A stretch of 64,000 nucleotides of DNA from the human T2T-CHM13v2.0 reference genome, Homo sapiens (GCF_009914755.1 NC_060926.1), one strand, 5' to 3'. Positions 32,710 through 47,724 are shown, counted from the stretch's first letter. Notes: generated by a model not told the origin, from the letters alone. Program-made: numbers and translations.

Positions 32710-35700
32710 TTTGAACATTCAGAACACCAGATTATCACAGATTAAAAAGAAAGCACCAAAAATTACTACACATTAATACCTGAGCAGAGACTGAAGGCAA
32801 ATATTCATCTATTAAACCTACACCATAATGCTCAAACACAGGTAAAAACATTCACAACACACTCTACAGAATATAGTAAGTAGTACTTTTTGTGAATTAC
32901 AATCACATAAATGTAATAATTTTAATTATACCATATAAAAATACACACAAAATTACACATAAATGTATTTAATATACTATACATTGTACAAAGTACTGGA
33001 GATCATGCATGTTTAAATGGAAAGATCAGCAAGGTGACAATCATTTTTTATTATATACTACAGGACAGGTTCCTCTGCACTTGTTAAGTGTTGTTGTTAT
33101 GCACTGTACTTTCTGGATGGATGAGAAAAAAATAATCAATTTGCAAACAAATGATTACTGAGTCTATCTCAGCATAACACATAGGTTGTCCTCTATAAAT
33201 TTTTTAACTATAGTATAAAAATTGATGCAGGTTGAGAGCCATTTATTTTATTACATACCCTTGCTCAAACTACCTTCATGTCAATAAGATCATGTTTTAA
33301 GGAAAGACGTTTTCTTTGTATGTGTTTTTAGAGAAATCTATGTTTTTGTCTGGCGAGTAGGTAGTGGAGGTAAAATGGGAAAACAATGTGTTGAGTTTAC
33401 TTTCAAAATTGAAATTGAAAAATATACAACAACTGTGAGTACACAGAAATGTGGGCATCTTTTATCAGAGACCATGATTATCCTGTGAATAAAATAATTT
33501 GGACCTTAATATAAATTATATCCATTATTTTAAATAAGCACAGTAAAAATGCAAGTCTACATTTTTTTAAAAACTGAAGCCCGTTTTCTCTTGAAACCTT
33601 AAAAATATATAGGAAGAAAAAAGAGAAGGAAAAATGAGAGGAAATAATGTTTTAAAATATACTACATGAATGAGTTTATTAATTATTAAAAATAATTATT
33701 GTGTAAATTAACCTTATTTGATATATATAAGCCTCAATAAGTTCAGAAAGAATGAGCACAAGTCAAAGAATTCATGTCTTTGACAGATTACTCATTAATA
33801 AGACAAAAAATTACATTTGAAGATTAGTTTTTCCAAGTGTGGTAAGTTCAGAACAATGCCACCACCTTCTCCTAGAATATTTTTTCAGAAACCTAAGCCA
33901 AACCTAATTTTCTACATCTATGTAGCGTAAGTCTACTTTAATTCAAAATGAGAACTCTGAAAATTAAGGGAGGCCTCTACAGCAATAGATCTGGAAATAC
34001 TAAAGGAAATACCAGTCAACTTTTATTTTAAACTTTTATTTCACCAACCTCGAAGACAAGGATTTGGGGCCAATTTGAGAGGACCACCCATAATAAAATG
34101 TACAGTTATAAAATTGCAGGGCACTCTTTATCATTTCAAGGCACACTCTGTTTTATCCCAAATGACTATAAGTTCAAGGTCACAGTGATGATATATATTC
34201 AATTTTGGTCTGGTTTCTCATGGGTATGTTGTTATATTTATAGCCAGTCATAAGCTTCAGAAACTATAATACAATCACTTCAAAATAATGTGTCATTTTT
34301 ATATTTTTAAAAATGTAAATATGTAACATAATTTCCTAATTTATATACAGTATAAATCGGGAGTTTTTTTTCCACTGCACAGTGGAGGAAGGGAAGGTTA
34401 TTTCTACCAGTATTCCAACAAATACATATTTGATTATATAGAAAGCATGATTATGTTAAATACAGGCATCTCCTACTTAGAATACAATTATTCAACACAA
34501 AAGATGAACTCATTTCAAAGAACAATGTAAACTGAACTTAGGCCTTGTACACTATCTTTTTACTAATAACACCTATGGTCCCCATTAGAATAAACTGTCA
34601 CTAAATCAAGGCCAGAGATTTCGATATTTGGCTTTCTGTCCTGCCTCCTTACTTCCAAGGCTATTTATGCAAACTGCATCAACATTACTGGGCAGAGAAA
34701 TACTTAGTAATATTAAATTATGGGGAAAACTATAATATGAGGAACTGAAATTTCCTTAGAATCTTTATGGAGAGAAATTGAAGCACTTAATGCTGATAAA
34801 AAATAATTTCTAAGCCTATCACATTTTCTACTTTTCTTCCATGAGAACAACATATTAATGTTAACACTTTAGTATTAATATCTTGTTTTATAATATTTTC
34901 CTTTAAGATACGCATATTAAAAGGTTGTACTATGTTAGGTTCCAGTGGACAAGTTCCCCTGTGAAACATGTGACTATATAAAGAGACTGAATGGAAATAC
35001 ATAAAAAACAAAAGAAATTCCACAGTCACTTTTCAACTACATAAATGAGACACCTGTACTAAAATGGCTTGTACAACAATGTACATCACAAATTAAATCT
35101 GAAGCAAGATTACTTCAAATAATTATTTCAATGAATTGCTGAAAGATCATTACTAGGCAAACTTTTACCCAATAAAATCAGAAAACATTCAAGCAATCAC
35201 ACAAAATAGAACACACTAGGCTACAAATCTTGAATATTTTCAAAGAAAAATTAGGGTATGAAATATAAGTTTTCATGGTTTAAACATTTATTGTAAGTCC
35301 TAGATGAAACATACTGAAAAGATTATTTTTGCTTTAATCCTAATATGCTAAGAAAAGTTCATTGGCACAAATATCCAGAGGTATTTTACAGTTTCATTTA
35401 CCTTTGGTGGCAAAGAGTATTTTGCTAACCGTATGGATACAGTCACATAGTTTCCAATGCACAGCTTTATGCTAAAGAGAATTCAAATGTGTCTCTTTTT
35501 TTTGCTAAAAAAGGGATGTAAAAAGTCCAATATGAAACAGAACGAGTGCAACACGAAATACAAAATATGCCTATCATGTAGGCTTTTGAACAGTTAATAG
35601 CTCTACGTGTTATCTATAAACATTTTTTACTAGTAACATCACTATTGTATAAATATTAAAAACAAAAATGACATTAAAAAATAGCATATGAACTTTACAA

Positions 35701-37034
35701 AAATGGCTACTTTTAGTCTTCCTAAACTAAAATCGGAATTCAAATACGCAAACAAATCTACACTAACTAATCAAAACACACCAACAGATACAGTTTTTCA
35801 TAAGTGTTCAAAGTTACAATGTACAGAATGAGTACAGACAGATTCTGACTCATATATCAAGTCCTATACAAAGTCTTCAGAAATTAACTGATTAATTGGT
35901 ATTTCAAAACACAGATTGTTTTTGGCAGCATAACGTGCCAAACACTTTCAGAAAGTCCTGTACTTTATTTAAAAGTTATCAACCGTAGACAATTAAGACA
36001 GCTTAGAATATCACCTTTTGAAGGACATGTTATGAATTTACACTGTTAATGGAAAAACAGCTTGATTATTCTCACAATTTCCAAATGTTATTCTGTTGTC
36101 AAAACTAAGTTATTAACAGATAATAAATTCATATAAGTTCTTCTGTACTCAATACAATTTATCAAAAAATGTGACTTCTTGAGCATTTGCAGTATACATA
36201 TTTGGATTTGGATTACTGACCTGACTTTTCTTTCCTATTATTCTTATTAAAAGTAAAGAATGGTAGTAGCTTCACAGCTTTCCTATTTCCTCAGGCTATT
36301 AAACATATTGTGAAAGAATGCATGAGTAATGGGTAAACATAAAAGTTCATTACAGAATTTAAAACATTCTTAGTTCAAAAAAAACTGGAATAAAATTTTG
36401 GCTCCTAATCAACTTACTATGCTGTAAAAGTCCCTTCTACATTTACCTTACTAGGAAAGAAAGTTTTCTGGCAGGGTGTAATTTTATAATACAAACATAT
36501 TACTGCTTTCTTATCCTGGCAAATGTCATGCACTCCAAATGGATTTTCCCCAGTAAATTTTACAAAGTATCTTGTTTCCTGTAATATACAAGTTCACAAA
36601 TCCTACACAATGAGAAAACAAAAAGCAATCATGAAAAATAATCAACAAATGCCTAGTCATAGGAAGTCCCAACACATTTTCATTTTTCCCAAATGATTAA
36701 TAATAACCAGTTACTAAACTTCAAATGCAGCACTGTAAAGTTTCACACTGAACCTAATAATAATGCAAGACATTATGCTAATTTGGACCTAACACCTAAA
36801 ATGAAAATGTGGGTCAACTGATTTATCTGGGGGTTCAGAAATCAACAGCCCTAGTTTAATTCATAGTTTTGTGTTTCCTCCATTTCCCAGAGCTTTCAAG
36901 AACTAAACTGAAAACTGAATTTTACCACCTTTTATTTCCCTTGGCCACAAAGGGTGCTAATAAACAGCAAGATGAAATGAATGCACTATACTAAATGTGA
37001 GAAGTCTGAAGAATTAAGAAAAGTATAGGAACTA

Positions 37035-37320
37035 GGCCAGGTGGTCATGCCTGAAATCCCACTACTTTGGGAGGCCGAGGTGGGAGGATCGCTTGAAACC
37101 AGGAGTTCAAGATCAGCTTGGGCAACAAACTGAAACCTCGTCTCTACAAAAAAATTAAAAAGTCAGGCACAGTGGCATGTACCTGTAGTCTCACCTGCTG
37201 TGGGAGGCTGAGATGGGAGGATCACATGAGCCAAAGAGTTCAAGGCTGCAGTGAACTATGACCGCCCCATTGGACTCCAGCCTGGGTGACAGAATGAGAC
37301 TCTGTTTCTAAAGAAAAAAC
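37035..37320 (+). mobile_element. Alu (AluJ-like) in PGAP1 3' UTR, antisense to the mRNA
   Basis: Diverged Alu; TSD-like tataggaacta. Confidence 0.88.
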
Positions 37321-38445
37321 ATATAGGAACTAAATAATGAACAAAACAAATAATCCACCTCATGTAAGTTTGTGTGAATTTTGGAAATGAGTAGTATCAC
37401 ATGAATGACAAGACAACCAACAACAAACACTATGCCTATTACAGTTATTTCTTCTTTTTTCCTTACTATATAATCATGTAGATTAGTAGTATAGTTCACT
37501 CAAGAAGGGGTATTCCATTATATAGATCTGAATTTGTCTAGCCAAAATATGAAAAAATAAAGATTAATCAATACATGATCAATATATATTGAAGAGACTC
37601 AAACTCAATGTTAACCAGGCACAGATGGCTTTTCTAGAGTCATCACTTTAAATATTTTCATTCTGGTGATAACCAAGAGAAAAAAAAGAGTTAGCAGAAC
37701 CTGTTTAATTTCTGGCATAAAAAAGATCCAGGAAAAAAAACAGTGTTAGCAATCTCTATCTATTATCAGTTCCAAATTACAATCAGTAGTAACTCCAAAG
37801 GAGGCTTTAGAAATACTAAATGTTCCCAGTGTTTTCCTCTGTACAGACTATATTTGATCTGGTTATCAACAATAGGGTCTAGGAGTTAAGCACAAAACTT
37901 ACTCATAACTCAATTGCTAAATTAGAAGGCATAACAGTTGCTGTAAAAGTTGAGCTCAGAAATTTCCTGAATTAGATAATCTATAACCGCCAATAAATAA
38001 TTTCATTTTTGTTAACATTGCTAATAGGGCAGTGTTGTTTAACCAGCCAATAATATAGATTGTGGGCATGATGAAAACTGTGTAATTTAAAGGCAAAGAA
38101 CTTTCCTTTTCTCAAGTGACAGAAACGTCCATTTTGCTAATCTTCAAAGAGCCCACCTTCGCATCTCTGGTAGCCAGCTGGGTTTAAAGTGCATCAAGAC
38201 TCAATGAAGACCCTGTCAAAATGTAAGTGTATACATATGTGTCTGTATATATACACATATAATGGCTAAAGACCCAACCTACTATTGATTATAAAATGTT
38301 TAATTAGAATCATTTTTGTAGTCCTTAAAATGAAATTTTTTTTGGCATAAATAATACTTTAGGACTTGGTGATAACTACATTCCCATGAAAATATTTGAG
38401 TGAGAATTAGTGTACCTAGTCTGCTGCTTTAAAAAGTAAATGTAC

Positions 38446-38815
<370 letters not shown>

Positions 38816-40920
38816 CTAAACAAAGAGGTTTTAGAATACATAAACATAATATTTATGGCTATCAATAGAAGATCCAAATTAATGAATTTTCTAAAGTTCT
38901 TTCTGTATATGGAACTAAGTCCAAATTCAGAAATAGTTTAAGGACACATGTAATCTGTAACTTGAGATACACTAAAATATCAGGTGACAGAATAAAAGAC
39001 GCAATGTGTATCAAAGCTGTTTATAAGTATAGTTAAACATAGGGAGATGTGTCCCTATTTAAACATATACGTGGTATGCCATGGGACAAGTATATAATCT
39101 AATAAATTCTCTCTCTTTCCTCTCCAGCTGAAACATATAGCACTTTGTATTTTATCTCTTCTGCTACTTCTCTCAAACAAACAAGCACCTGTCTGCCATA
39201 TCCCCACCACGAGTTTATCATTTCCCTTTAATGTTCTCAGTAAGTTAAAATATGAATACTGAAAAACATGCTCAAAGCTAGAAAAGACAACAATGGGATC
39301 AAACAAACTTAAAACCCTCAGAGATGAGAGCAAGACTCCCTTCAACTGAGGCCAAAATAGCCAGGACCTGAGGAAGAACTGAGAAGAGAAGTTAGGTAAC
39401 TCTCTACAGGCAGTAAGCAGAAGTAACTGTCCACAGGCAGTAACAGCTGAGAGGCTGTAATGGAATCCAGATGCAATGGCAGATAAAATAAAACTGGTGC
39501 TCGAGGACATCCCTGGGTACTAACAAGGATACATATTCACAAGTGCAATGGTGGAATCACTGGAAATTTACATGAGAGGCTTTGTGGAATCACTAAAACT
39601 TTAGTTGAGAGGATTTGGGCATTTACAGTCTACACATCTAGAAGAACTCTATAAGCCGGGTATGTCTCAGCCTGAGTTTACGCTATCCTAAGGCAAAGAG
39701 TATACTCTTCTGCCTTGCCGATTACCTTCTTCCTACTCTTGTAGCTAAAAGTGACGTAAATTCTGAAATGAAATAAAATGTTACTCTTATTTGTCAAACA
39801 GTAATCCCAGAAGTCACCTAGGCAAATCAAGATTCCACTGTTAAACCTAGTGGCTAATGTCTCCAATTTATTCAGGTGTACTGTTTATACTCATGCTACT
39901 AATGGGTTAACAGTTGTCTACTGATATTCCATTAATAGTATAATATTATACATCAAATGTGATGTTACCTTGATCATGTTGTTGTTGTTGTTTTTTCCCA
40001 CAGCAGAAAAAATGGTACAAACCTAGAGTTTCCAACCACTGGAATTTAGTTATTTTAACAATCCATTATGACCTCAGGCACTTTTGGCAACCATGGTGCA
40101 ATGAATTGAATCCAATGGTATAAACTAAACAACTGAACTGCTCCAATACCAGGAAGCAAATAGCTACGAGCATTTTTTCTTTACATTTAACAGCAGACCT
40201 CTTTAATAGTCTCCTGATGTTCACCGAGAATATATAGTAAGATTCATATTTGAAAAATAGCAAGAAAAATTGTGTAAGTTTGAATCATGTTTCCACCCAT
40301 CAATCTTGCATTGGTTACCAAGAAAACATATCTCCTTACCATTCAAAGCTCTATTTTCATAGATGTAAGAAGACAAGATCCACTTTGTTCATGGTGGCTG
40401 CCAAAAACTAACCAAAGGCTTTCTGTGGCTATTTAACCTTTGAGAAACCAAACAGCTATAAATTTCATCAGTTATTTAAAGACTTATTTCTTAATAGGTA
40501 AACTATAGCAAATTCAAAATAACCTACTTTTGTGAAAAAAAGTTTGATGAAATGAGCAGAATGCTTGCAGTGAGATTGCAAATAATGCTGCATCTACTAA
40601 ATCTCTCATATCAGACTTCTCGTACCGTTGATAAAACAGACTATTTTATATGCACAGGAGTCCTCAATGATAGTGATCACCATATATCCCTTCATGAATT
40701 TTTCAAAAATGATTAGTACATGGATTCCACACCACAAAACAAAACCATGCTTCAACTACTTCCCTCAAACATTACAAAACTAATTTCCTATTTTCAATAT
40801 TGTAAAAATAGACTTGTCTTCTCCAAAGGATCTTGCTGTCCATACTGATGGATCTGTGTGTTCCCTCTTATCACTGGCCCTAAACACATAAATTATCTTC
40901 ATCATTCCTTAAGTCCAATC

Positions 40921-41059
40921 TTACATAAAGTTGCATAATGCATGGAGTAAAAGAGGAATGAAGACAAAGCATGGAAGCCTATATAAATGTGCTGACCCAA
41001 AAGCAATCACACCAACAGCCAGAGGAAGTGGAAATTGTGAAGTAGTCTTCAACAATTTA
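40921..41059 (-). CDS. PGAP1: PGAP1 final coding exon (..[46 protein letters not shown])
   Basis: AG acceptor at 41061-41060; TAA at 40923-40921; translation matches the recalled PGAP1 C-terminus. Confidence 0.93.
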
Positions 41060-41189
41060 CTGTAAAGAGACAGAGAAATATACATTACTTATGTGAACTA
41101 CATTGTGAGCCAAAATTATATCAATCTTTTATACAGTTTTGGAAAGATAAATATTCTAAGTGAATTTAAATGAATTTTTAATGATATGA

Positions 41190-41503
<314 letters not shown>

Positions 41504-42407
41504 TACCTATTCATAATTTTTAAAAAGGTCAATACAAGCCATACTTGGCTAGAAAAGAAAAATATTTCTATTTAAAAAATAGCCAGTTTTATTTAGTCTT
41601 TCTAATTTTAAAAACAGAAAAATACTAGTTGGACTTTTATTCAGTAGTTCCACTTCTAGAAATTTATCCTAACAAAATAATCAATAATGTTCAATAAGAC
41701 ATAGCTACAGAAATGTTTATTTTAACCCTACTTATAAAAAAAAAAAACAAAAAACCAAAGAACCATCTTACATTCCCAAAACAAGGAGTATAAAGAGAAA
41801 AATACTATCAGAAAAGACAATTACCTTTTTACTCTGAAAATAGAGAAACTGAGAATAAGAGGGGTTAAGAAATGTAACTAAAGACAGAGCTATTAAATAT
41901 TTGGCAGAACCAGGATTTAAACTCCAGGTCGGCCTGATTCTAAAATATCTGCAAATATCTGGCAGAATCAACTGAAAAGACTCCCAGAGCAAACAACAAG
42001 TGAATGAAAAATCAGGTTTTATTATGGAAAATTTGAAACTACAAAAGTAGACTAACAGTATAATGAACCCTCATGTAAGCATTACTCAGCCTCAAAAATT
42101 ATCAAATCATGGCCAATTTTATCTCACCAATATCTCCATCCACTTCTCTTGTTTGCTTTTTGGGAAGCAAATCTTAGATCATGTCTTTATAGGGTTAACT
42201 TCATAAAGAAAAAAAAACTGCATTATATTCTATCAAATAAAACCTATAATTAAGAAAACAAGTATACTTGCATATAAACCATAATACTATTATGGCTTTA
42301 CTTTTAGGAATATTTAAATTAATTAGAAATAAAGAGTATATTTTAGATATAAAGGGGGAAAAAGGCCAAGAACAGATATAAGAAAAAGAAAGATTAAACT
42401 ACTGTAC

Positions 42408-42512
42408 CTTGATTTTATTGAAACAGTGTAAGTATTTCCAAGAATTGCCATAGTCGGAATAAGGATAAATGCCAAAGGTTTACATGGATCAGGATTAAGT
42501 TTAAAATAATAC
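42408..42512 (-). CDS. PGAP1: PGAP1 coding exon ([34 protein letters not shown])
   Basis: AG at 42514-42513 and GT at 42407-42406; 105 nt; phases match both neighbours. Confidence 0.93.
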
Positions 42513-43328
42513 CTATAATATTAAAAAAAGAAACCCACAAATCAACAATGACCTGATCATTTTAAATTATCAGAATCAAGAGGATAAATATTGTTAAAGA
42601 CATTCCAGTAGCAATATGGATATAAGAGAGCTCTAAATAGTTCATGAAATATCTGATAAATAATTTTTGTTCTACATCATCTTTGTATTCAAGGTTTTAG
42701 AAAGAGAATTATGATCAGAAACTACTAAAGGAAATGAAAATAACCGGTATGAAAGCACTTTCTTTTTATAAGCAGTGTATGTTTAAAACGGCATAAAGTT
42801 TAAAAAAAAACAAATTACTTAAAATACATGAGTACTACTCTATAACAAAAAAGATAAAATGAAGGTTCATGAAGTTAATTGTCCCTTATCTTTTTAAAAA
42901 TCCAATTCATTTCTTGCATTTACTGACAGTAAAATGTCTATAGCCTTTCAGAACCAAAAATTTGTGCTCCTCAAATAATTCTGACAGCAAATCTGTGAAC
43001 AAACATCTGGATATTGACTAAAATAAGGAACAGATATAAAAGAAGGATATTAAAATCTAGCAACCTTTGATTTAATTTGAACTTATTTTGGTTCTGCCAA
43101 CTTAAAAAAATTCCCAGTATTTAGATAACTTGAAAGTTTTATATCATTTTTGAAAACTACATTGAATAGGGGTTCAACTACTACTTGGATGAAGTGGCCT
43201 TTTATTTAGCAATTGACCAATTAATAAAAATACAGTTCACCCTTTTGGGCTGATTTTTTGAAAAGTTTATATTCCCGAAGTTTATATACACATAGTAAGG
43301 GAGAAAATGTGAATGTATTAAAAATAAA

Positions 43329-43447
43329 TTGCTTGAACCCAGAAGGCGGAAGTTGCAGTGAGCTGAGATCGCGCCACTGCACTCCACCTGGGCAACAAAG
43401 CGGGACTCCATCTCAAAAAATTAAAAATAAATAAATAAATAAATAAA
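43329..43447 (+). mobile_element. Alu right-arm fragment
   Basis: 'gcttgaacccagaaggcggaagttgcagtgagctgagatcgcgccactgc' plus (TAAA)n tail. Confidence 0.85.
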
Positions 43448-43574
43448 TTTCAGGTAATGTATAGCTTCCTGTTCCTGAGGAATTTTCATTAACCATTAGG
43501 AATCTAGCAAGTCTCTACTTAGGGATATTTATTGTTTGAACCACATAAACAATAATTATATCAATAAAACGCAC

Positions 43575-43762
43575 CTAAGATTCTTTAGCCAATAAATTAG
43601 AGAAGGCATGCTGAGTAATACAATCCATGTTAGTAAGTTAATCACAGTACTGTGCATGCGAAGGCTATCTTCAGCATCGTTGGCAGATAAACGAAGATGG
43701 TGTATTGAGGAGTCTTTATGATGATTGGATTTCTTTTCACTTCTTCTAGAGTGTTTGGGATT
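43575..43762 (-). CDS. PGAP1: PGAP1 coding exon ([62 protein letters not shown])
   Basis: AG at 43764-43763 and GT at 43574-43573; 188 nt; in frame. Confidence 0.93.
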
Positions 43763-44209
43763 CTATAAAACAATAAAGTAGAAATATCAAGACACTAAAC
43801 AAAAGTATATTACTTTATTTAGAATCATACTCATTACTTATCAGCTAAATAAGTACATCTTTCCATTACCAAACTGACATAAAATCCTGAAATTACTTTG
43901 CTTAAAAATACTTTAAAATTGTTATAAAACCTTTATTCTTTTGACTTGCTAGTTCTACTGCTAAGAATATATCTAAGTAATTATTCAAAATAAAATTTAA
44001 TAGACAATAAACTTGTAAAAAAATGACATGGGTACTGACAAAAGATGAACTTATAAGTCTTTTAAAATATTCATTAGGTTCACTTTACTTAAATTCATAA
44101 TACTGTATCTTTTAAGCACTATGAAATACTAACCTTAAAAAAAAAACTCTTATATTTCCCCATGTTCTTTCATTTTAAATTTATGTAGAGTTTTGAAAAT
44201 AAAACTTAC

Positions 44210-44260
44210 CACAGGCTGGCTATTCTTAAAAGTTGTTAAGCTGGCTTGCAGATGAACAAC
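44210..44260 (-). CDS. PGAP1: PGAP1 coding exon (VVHLQASLTTFKNSQPV)
   Basis: AG at 44262-44261 and GTAAG donor at 44209; 51 nt, phase 0-0. Confidence 0.92.
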
Positions 44261-45567
44261 CTAAGAAAAATAAATTGCTCTTTAATTTTACTTTTATTTT
44301 GAAACAAAACATATAAGCCTTTTGGTATTAAAAATGAGAAGCACTGTAATCTGAAATGTTTAAAATGTAAACCAAAAAGTCATTTAAACATTTAAAAACA
44401 TTCTTATACAAAACAACAACTACACATGCTGGCTATCATGGATTAAAAAACAAACAAAAGCAACAAACAAATGAACAAAAAAACGGAAACAGAAACAAAA
44501 CAATACAAACTTCTGGAGTATGGTGGGGCCAGGATATACCGCTATACCTTTTATAACCTGTAAAAGCCTATGTTTGAATGATGCTTTGTTATAGCAACTT
44601 AAAGTGTCTTGTAAGTCAAAGATTTCATTACATTCAATATAGTAAAAGGATATAACACATTTCACATATTTTAAGTCTTTGAAAACCAGAACCCAATTAT
44701 ATACAGTGGTGAAATGTTTATAAGAACTGGAAAAAATCTTTAAATTTAATTTATTAGGGTTACTTAAGTATTTAAGAAAACTTTGCTTAGTGGGTCAGTG
44801 GTTTGAATTACCTAATTTAAAAAATACTAAAATTATTATTTATAAATCAAAGTAGCTGTAAATAATTTTTTAAGAAGCATATAAATTTCCTTTGGAAAAC
44901 TGAAAATAATATATGATATGCATGTATTTACACTTTTAAAAATTTCATTTTTAAGGAAAAAAAGAATTATCCACTCTGATGTCAACTGTCTGTTCCTAAG
45001 AATAACATGGAGAGAATACACTTGTATTACCTCCTGGATTTTTTTTTTTTTCTTTGCAAAGCTGTCAGCTTTATCAGACACGTTTTTCACTTCTTCAGTA
45101 AAAATATTAGCCTAATTATTTTTATTGTCATCTTCTGATCCTTCAGCAACATTTGTAACATTTTATATTATCTTAGTATGATTAATAGCTTGATCCTACT
45201 GACATCACTTTTTGTTTCGTCTCTTACCCATGTTCAAAAAGAGGTGTGAATATAAACTGCCCTAGTGAAATGTTAAAAAAAAAAAAAAATTTAACACTTG
45301 TAAAGACTAAGAAGCAAGCAGAAACAGATTATATCTTCTCCTTTCCCTTTCCTTTTTAACAACAAAAAAACCCCAACTTAGATCAATAATTTCCCTTTTC
45401 CAGTTAATTGTATGTAATTTAAATAACTAATTACATTCAAACCCGTTATGTAACAGAGGGTTACTACAGTGTTTATGAGAATTTTTGTTAACAATGCCTA
45501 CGGGACATCCTACATGTATGTGCCTAATACAAAGCTCAATCATTTTGGCTTTACTGATTTGACATAC

Positions 45568-45703
45568 CTTAAACACATAGTAAAGATAAGAAAGAAGTAT
45601 GGCTAGTGCTCCACAAGTTGTCCAACTAACTATGATCAAGACAATTGTCAAAAAGGGCAAGTCTGGTGATATCATCTTGATATCTTTAGGAAGTTCAGAG
45701 GGT
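45568..45703 (-). CDS. PGAP1: PGAP1 coding exon ([45 protein letters not shown]; transmembrane)
   Basis: Overlaps ORF 45427-45675; AG at 45705-45704 and GT at 45567-45566; 136 nt. Confidence 0.94.
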
Positions 45704-46688
45704 CTGGAATTATAAGAATAAAGTTTAAAATATATATTAACAAATATTTATATAGTCACATATAAGAAGAAAACAATATAGTACCCTCCCAGTCTCTCTT
45801 GCTTATATGCAAATACATAAGGTAAACAACAAGGTATTTTTTAAATAAAGGCAAGTGGTCCCAAATATTTGATTTTAAGTTCTGTAATGTATTGTGATAA
45901 CTCCTCTACCATTTTGATAATACTATAGCTGATACTTGTACTACAGGTGAAAAAATGTTACCAAAGATAATCATTAATTATACACTCTGTGCCATACATC
46001 TCCAGTCTTGACAGGAGGAGAAACTATGTTCTATTTCTTAAAGCCTAGAGACCACTCAGACCCTTGATGGTGTTACTATCAGAACCCCTATCTGAAGCAT
46101 CTCAGAAGGGTGGAGGAAGAAGCATCACACCCACCATAATCCCCTCTGTGACAGGAAATCACATGACATGTCTGGTAAGGAGGAGTGGCAATGGGCACTA
46201 GATTGATGATTTACCAGGAAAGCCTACCAGTAACTTCAGATTCAAACTGTGTCATTGGGCCCATAATAAAACTCTAGGCAATGTTTTTGGAGCTTTTATA
46301 TATCTCATCTAATCTGATCCTAATATCTGGTTTACAGTCTCTTGCCCCCTGGTTTCAATATAGAAGTCAGCATATAAAAGCAATATTATGGGAGAAACAA
46401 TCCCTCCTGGGAAAGATTCACAACCACGAAATGTAAAACTATCTGCGTAATTTGTCAAACTTTTCTTATTAACTCTTGAGCGCTAAGGTCAAAATCAAAT
46501 GTAACATTTAACTCTTAATAAATGATTAGCTTTCACAGACATAACTTTGAACACTAACCCATACTTTCGCTAGTTATATATTTTTCCTTAGAAAATAGTT
46601 TAGTAAAAATAATTAATTTCAGGTTCCTTATCAGAATATATATTTCTTCTTAAAGCAATAAGAAAGCTGTTAATCATTCATTCTTTAC

Positions 46689-46886
46689 CTTTTCAAAGCT
46701 AGCCACAATGAAGAAAGAAGTCTCACAGATGCAGAAGACAGTAGGCCACTCCAGTAGGCAGTACACGTTCCAAACAGAAAGAGAATCAAGGATATCAGGG
46801 GGAAACACATACTCTGACAAGTTAAAATGACGGCATCTAATTCTGGTAACAATAATACATCCCACAATTCTTTAAACCATTTATAC
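46689..46886 (-). CDS. PGAP1: PGAP1 coding exon ([65 protein letters not shown])
   Basis: Overlaps ORF 46685-46867; AG at 46888-46887 and GT at 46688-46687; 198 nt. Confidence 0.94.
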
Positions 46887-47633
46887 CTGTGGAGAAAAGA
46901 AAATATAAAAGCAAAAAACCCAACAACTGAAATTTAAGGACTTAATATTTGAGGTGTCTGACTATTCAAGAGAGTCTCTAAAGTTCCATGATACTTAATT
47001 TATAATTATACTGAAAAACAAATTTTTAATTCTTTGTATGGAACAAGTCATTTATTTTCCAAGTGAGTCTACTGATCTTTGAAGATCTGCATTTCAGTAT
47101 AGCTTTACTAATCTATATTGATACTAGTAGAAAGTAATATGTTCTTTTTTTTTTTTTTTTTTAGAAAGCCAAGTTAGTTGTAATGATGGGAAAAAAGATC
47201 TACATATTGATGCTTAACCAAAAATCTGAAAATGTGACTAAATTAAGAATGGAATGTTAACTAGGGTAGAGAGGTCTAAAATATACTTTTAAAAGTGATC
47301 AGAGAGGCACTGTTTCATCAATACCCTGTAATGATTTGCGTTTGAATCTAGGATACTCACAGATCATGGACCATATACACCTATTTACAAACATTAAAGG
47401 CAGTCTAAGTTTAGACTGATATACATAAAGTGAATAATTACTTTTGAAATGATACTATTGAAGTAGACATTGATATACTTATTAGACCTTTGCCTAAGAG
47501 AAAAAAAAAACCTCATTTAATGAAACAAGTCAACTGCCAAATCTGTATGAAAATTTATATTGCATTATGGAACCAAATATAATGTTACATGTAAAACACA
47601 ATTAAAATCATTATCACAGATAATAAAACTTAC

Positions 47634-47724
47634 CCCAACAGAAACTTAATGATAATTACAAAAGGATCAACTTTGTATGGTTTGGCTTCTTTATCCAACA
47701 TGGTAGCATATTCTAAGCAACAAC
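47634..47724 (-). CDS. PGAP1: PGAP1 coding exon ([31 protein letters not shown]); upstream exons lie beyond the window
   Basis: AG at 47726-47725 and GTAAG donor at 47633; 91 nt; phase compatible with the next exon. Confidence 0.92.

Noticed and set aside
34342-38255. Pumilio-type TGTATATA motifs in the PGAP1 UTR (34349-34342, 38255-38248)
   Set aside because: The two copies I noticed in 8 kb of AT-rich sequence are compatible with chance without conservation or CLIP data.
44836-45110. Coding-looking stretch (..EEVKNVSDKADSFAKKKKK..) in a PGAP1 intron
   Set aside because: No convincing splice acceptor or start, runs through a homopolymer, and is not part of the PGAP1 protein I recognise.
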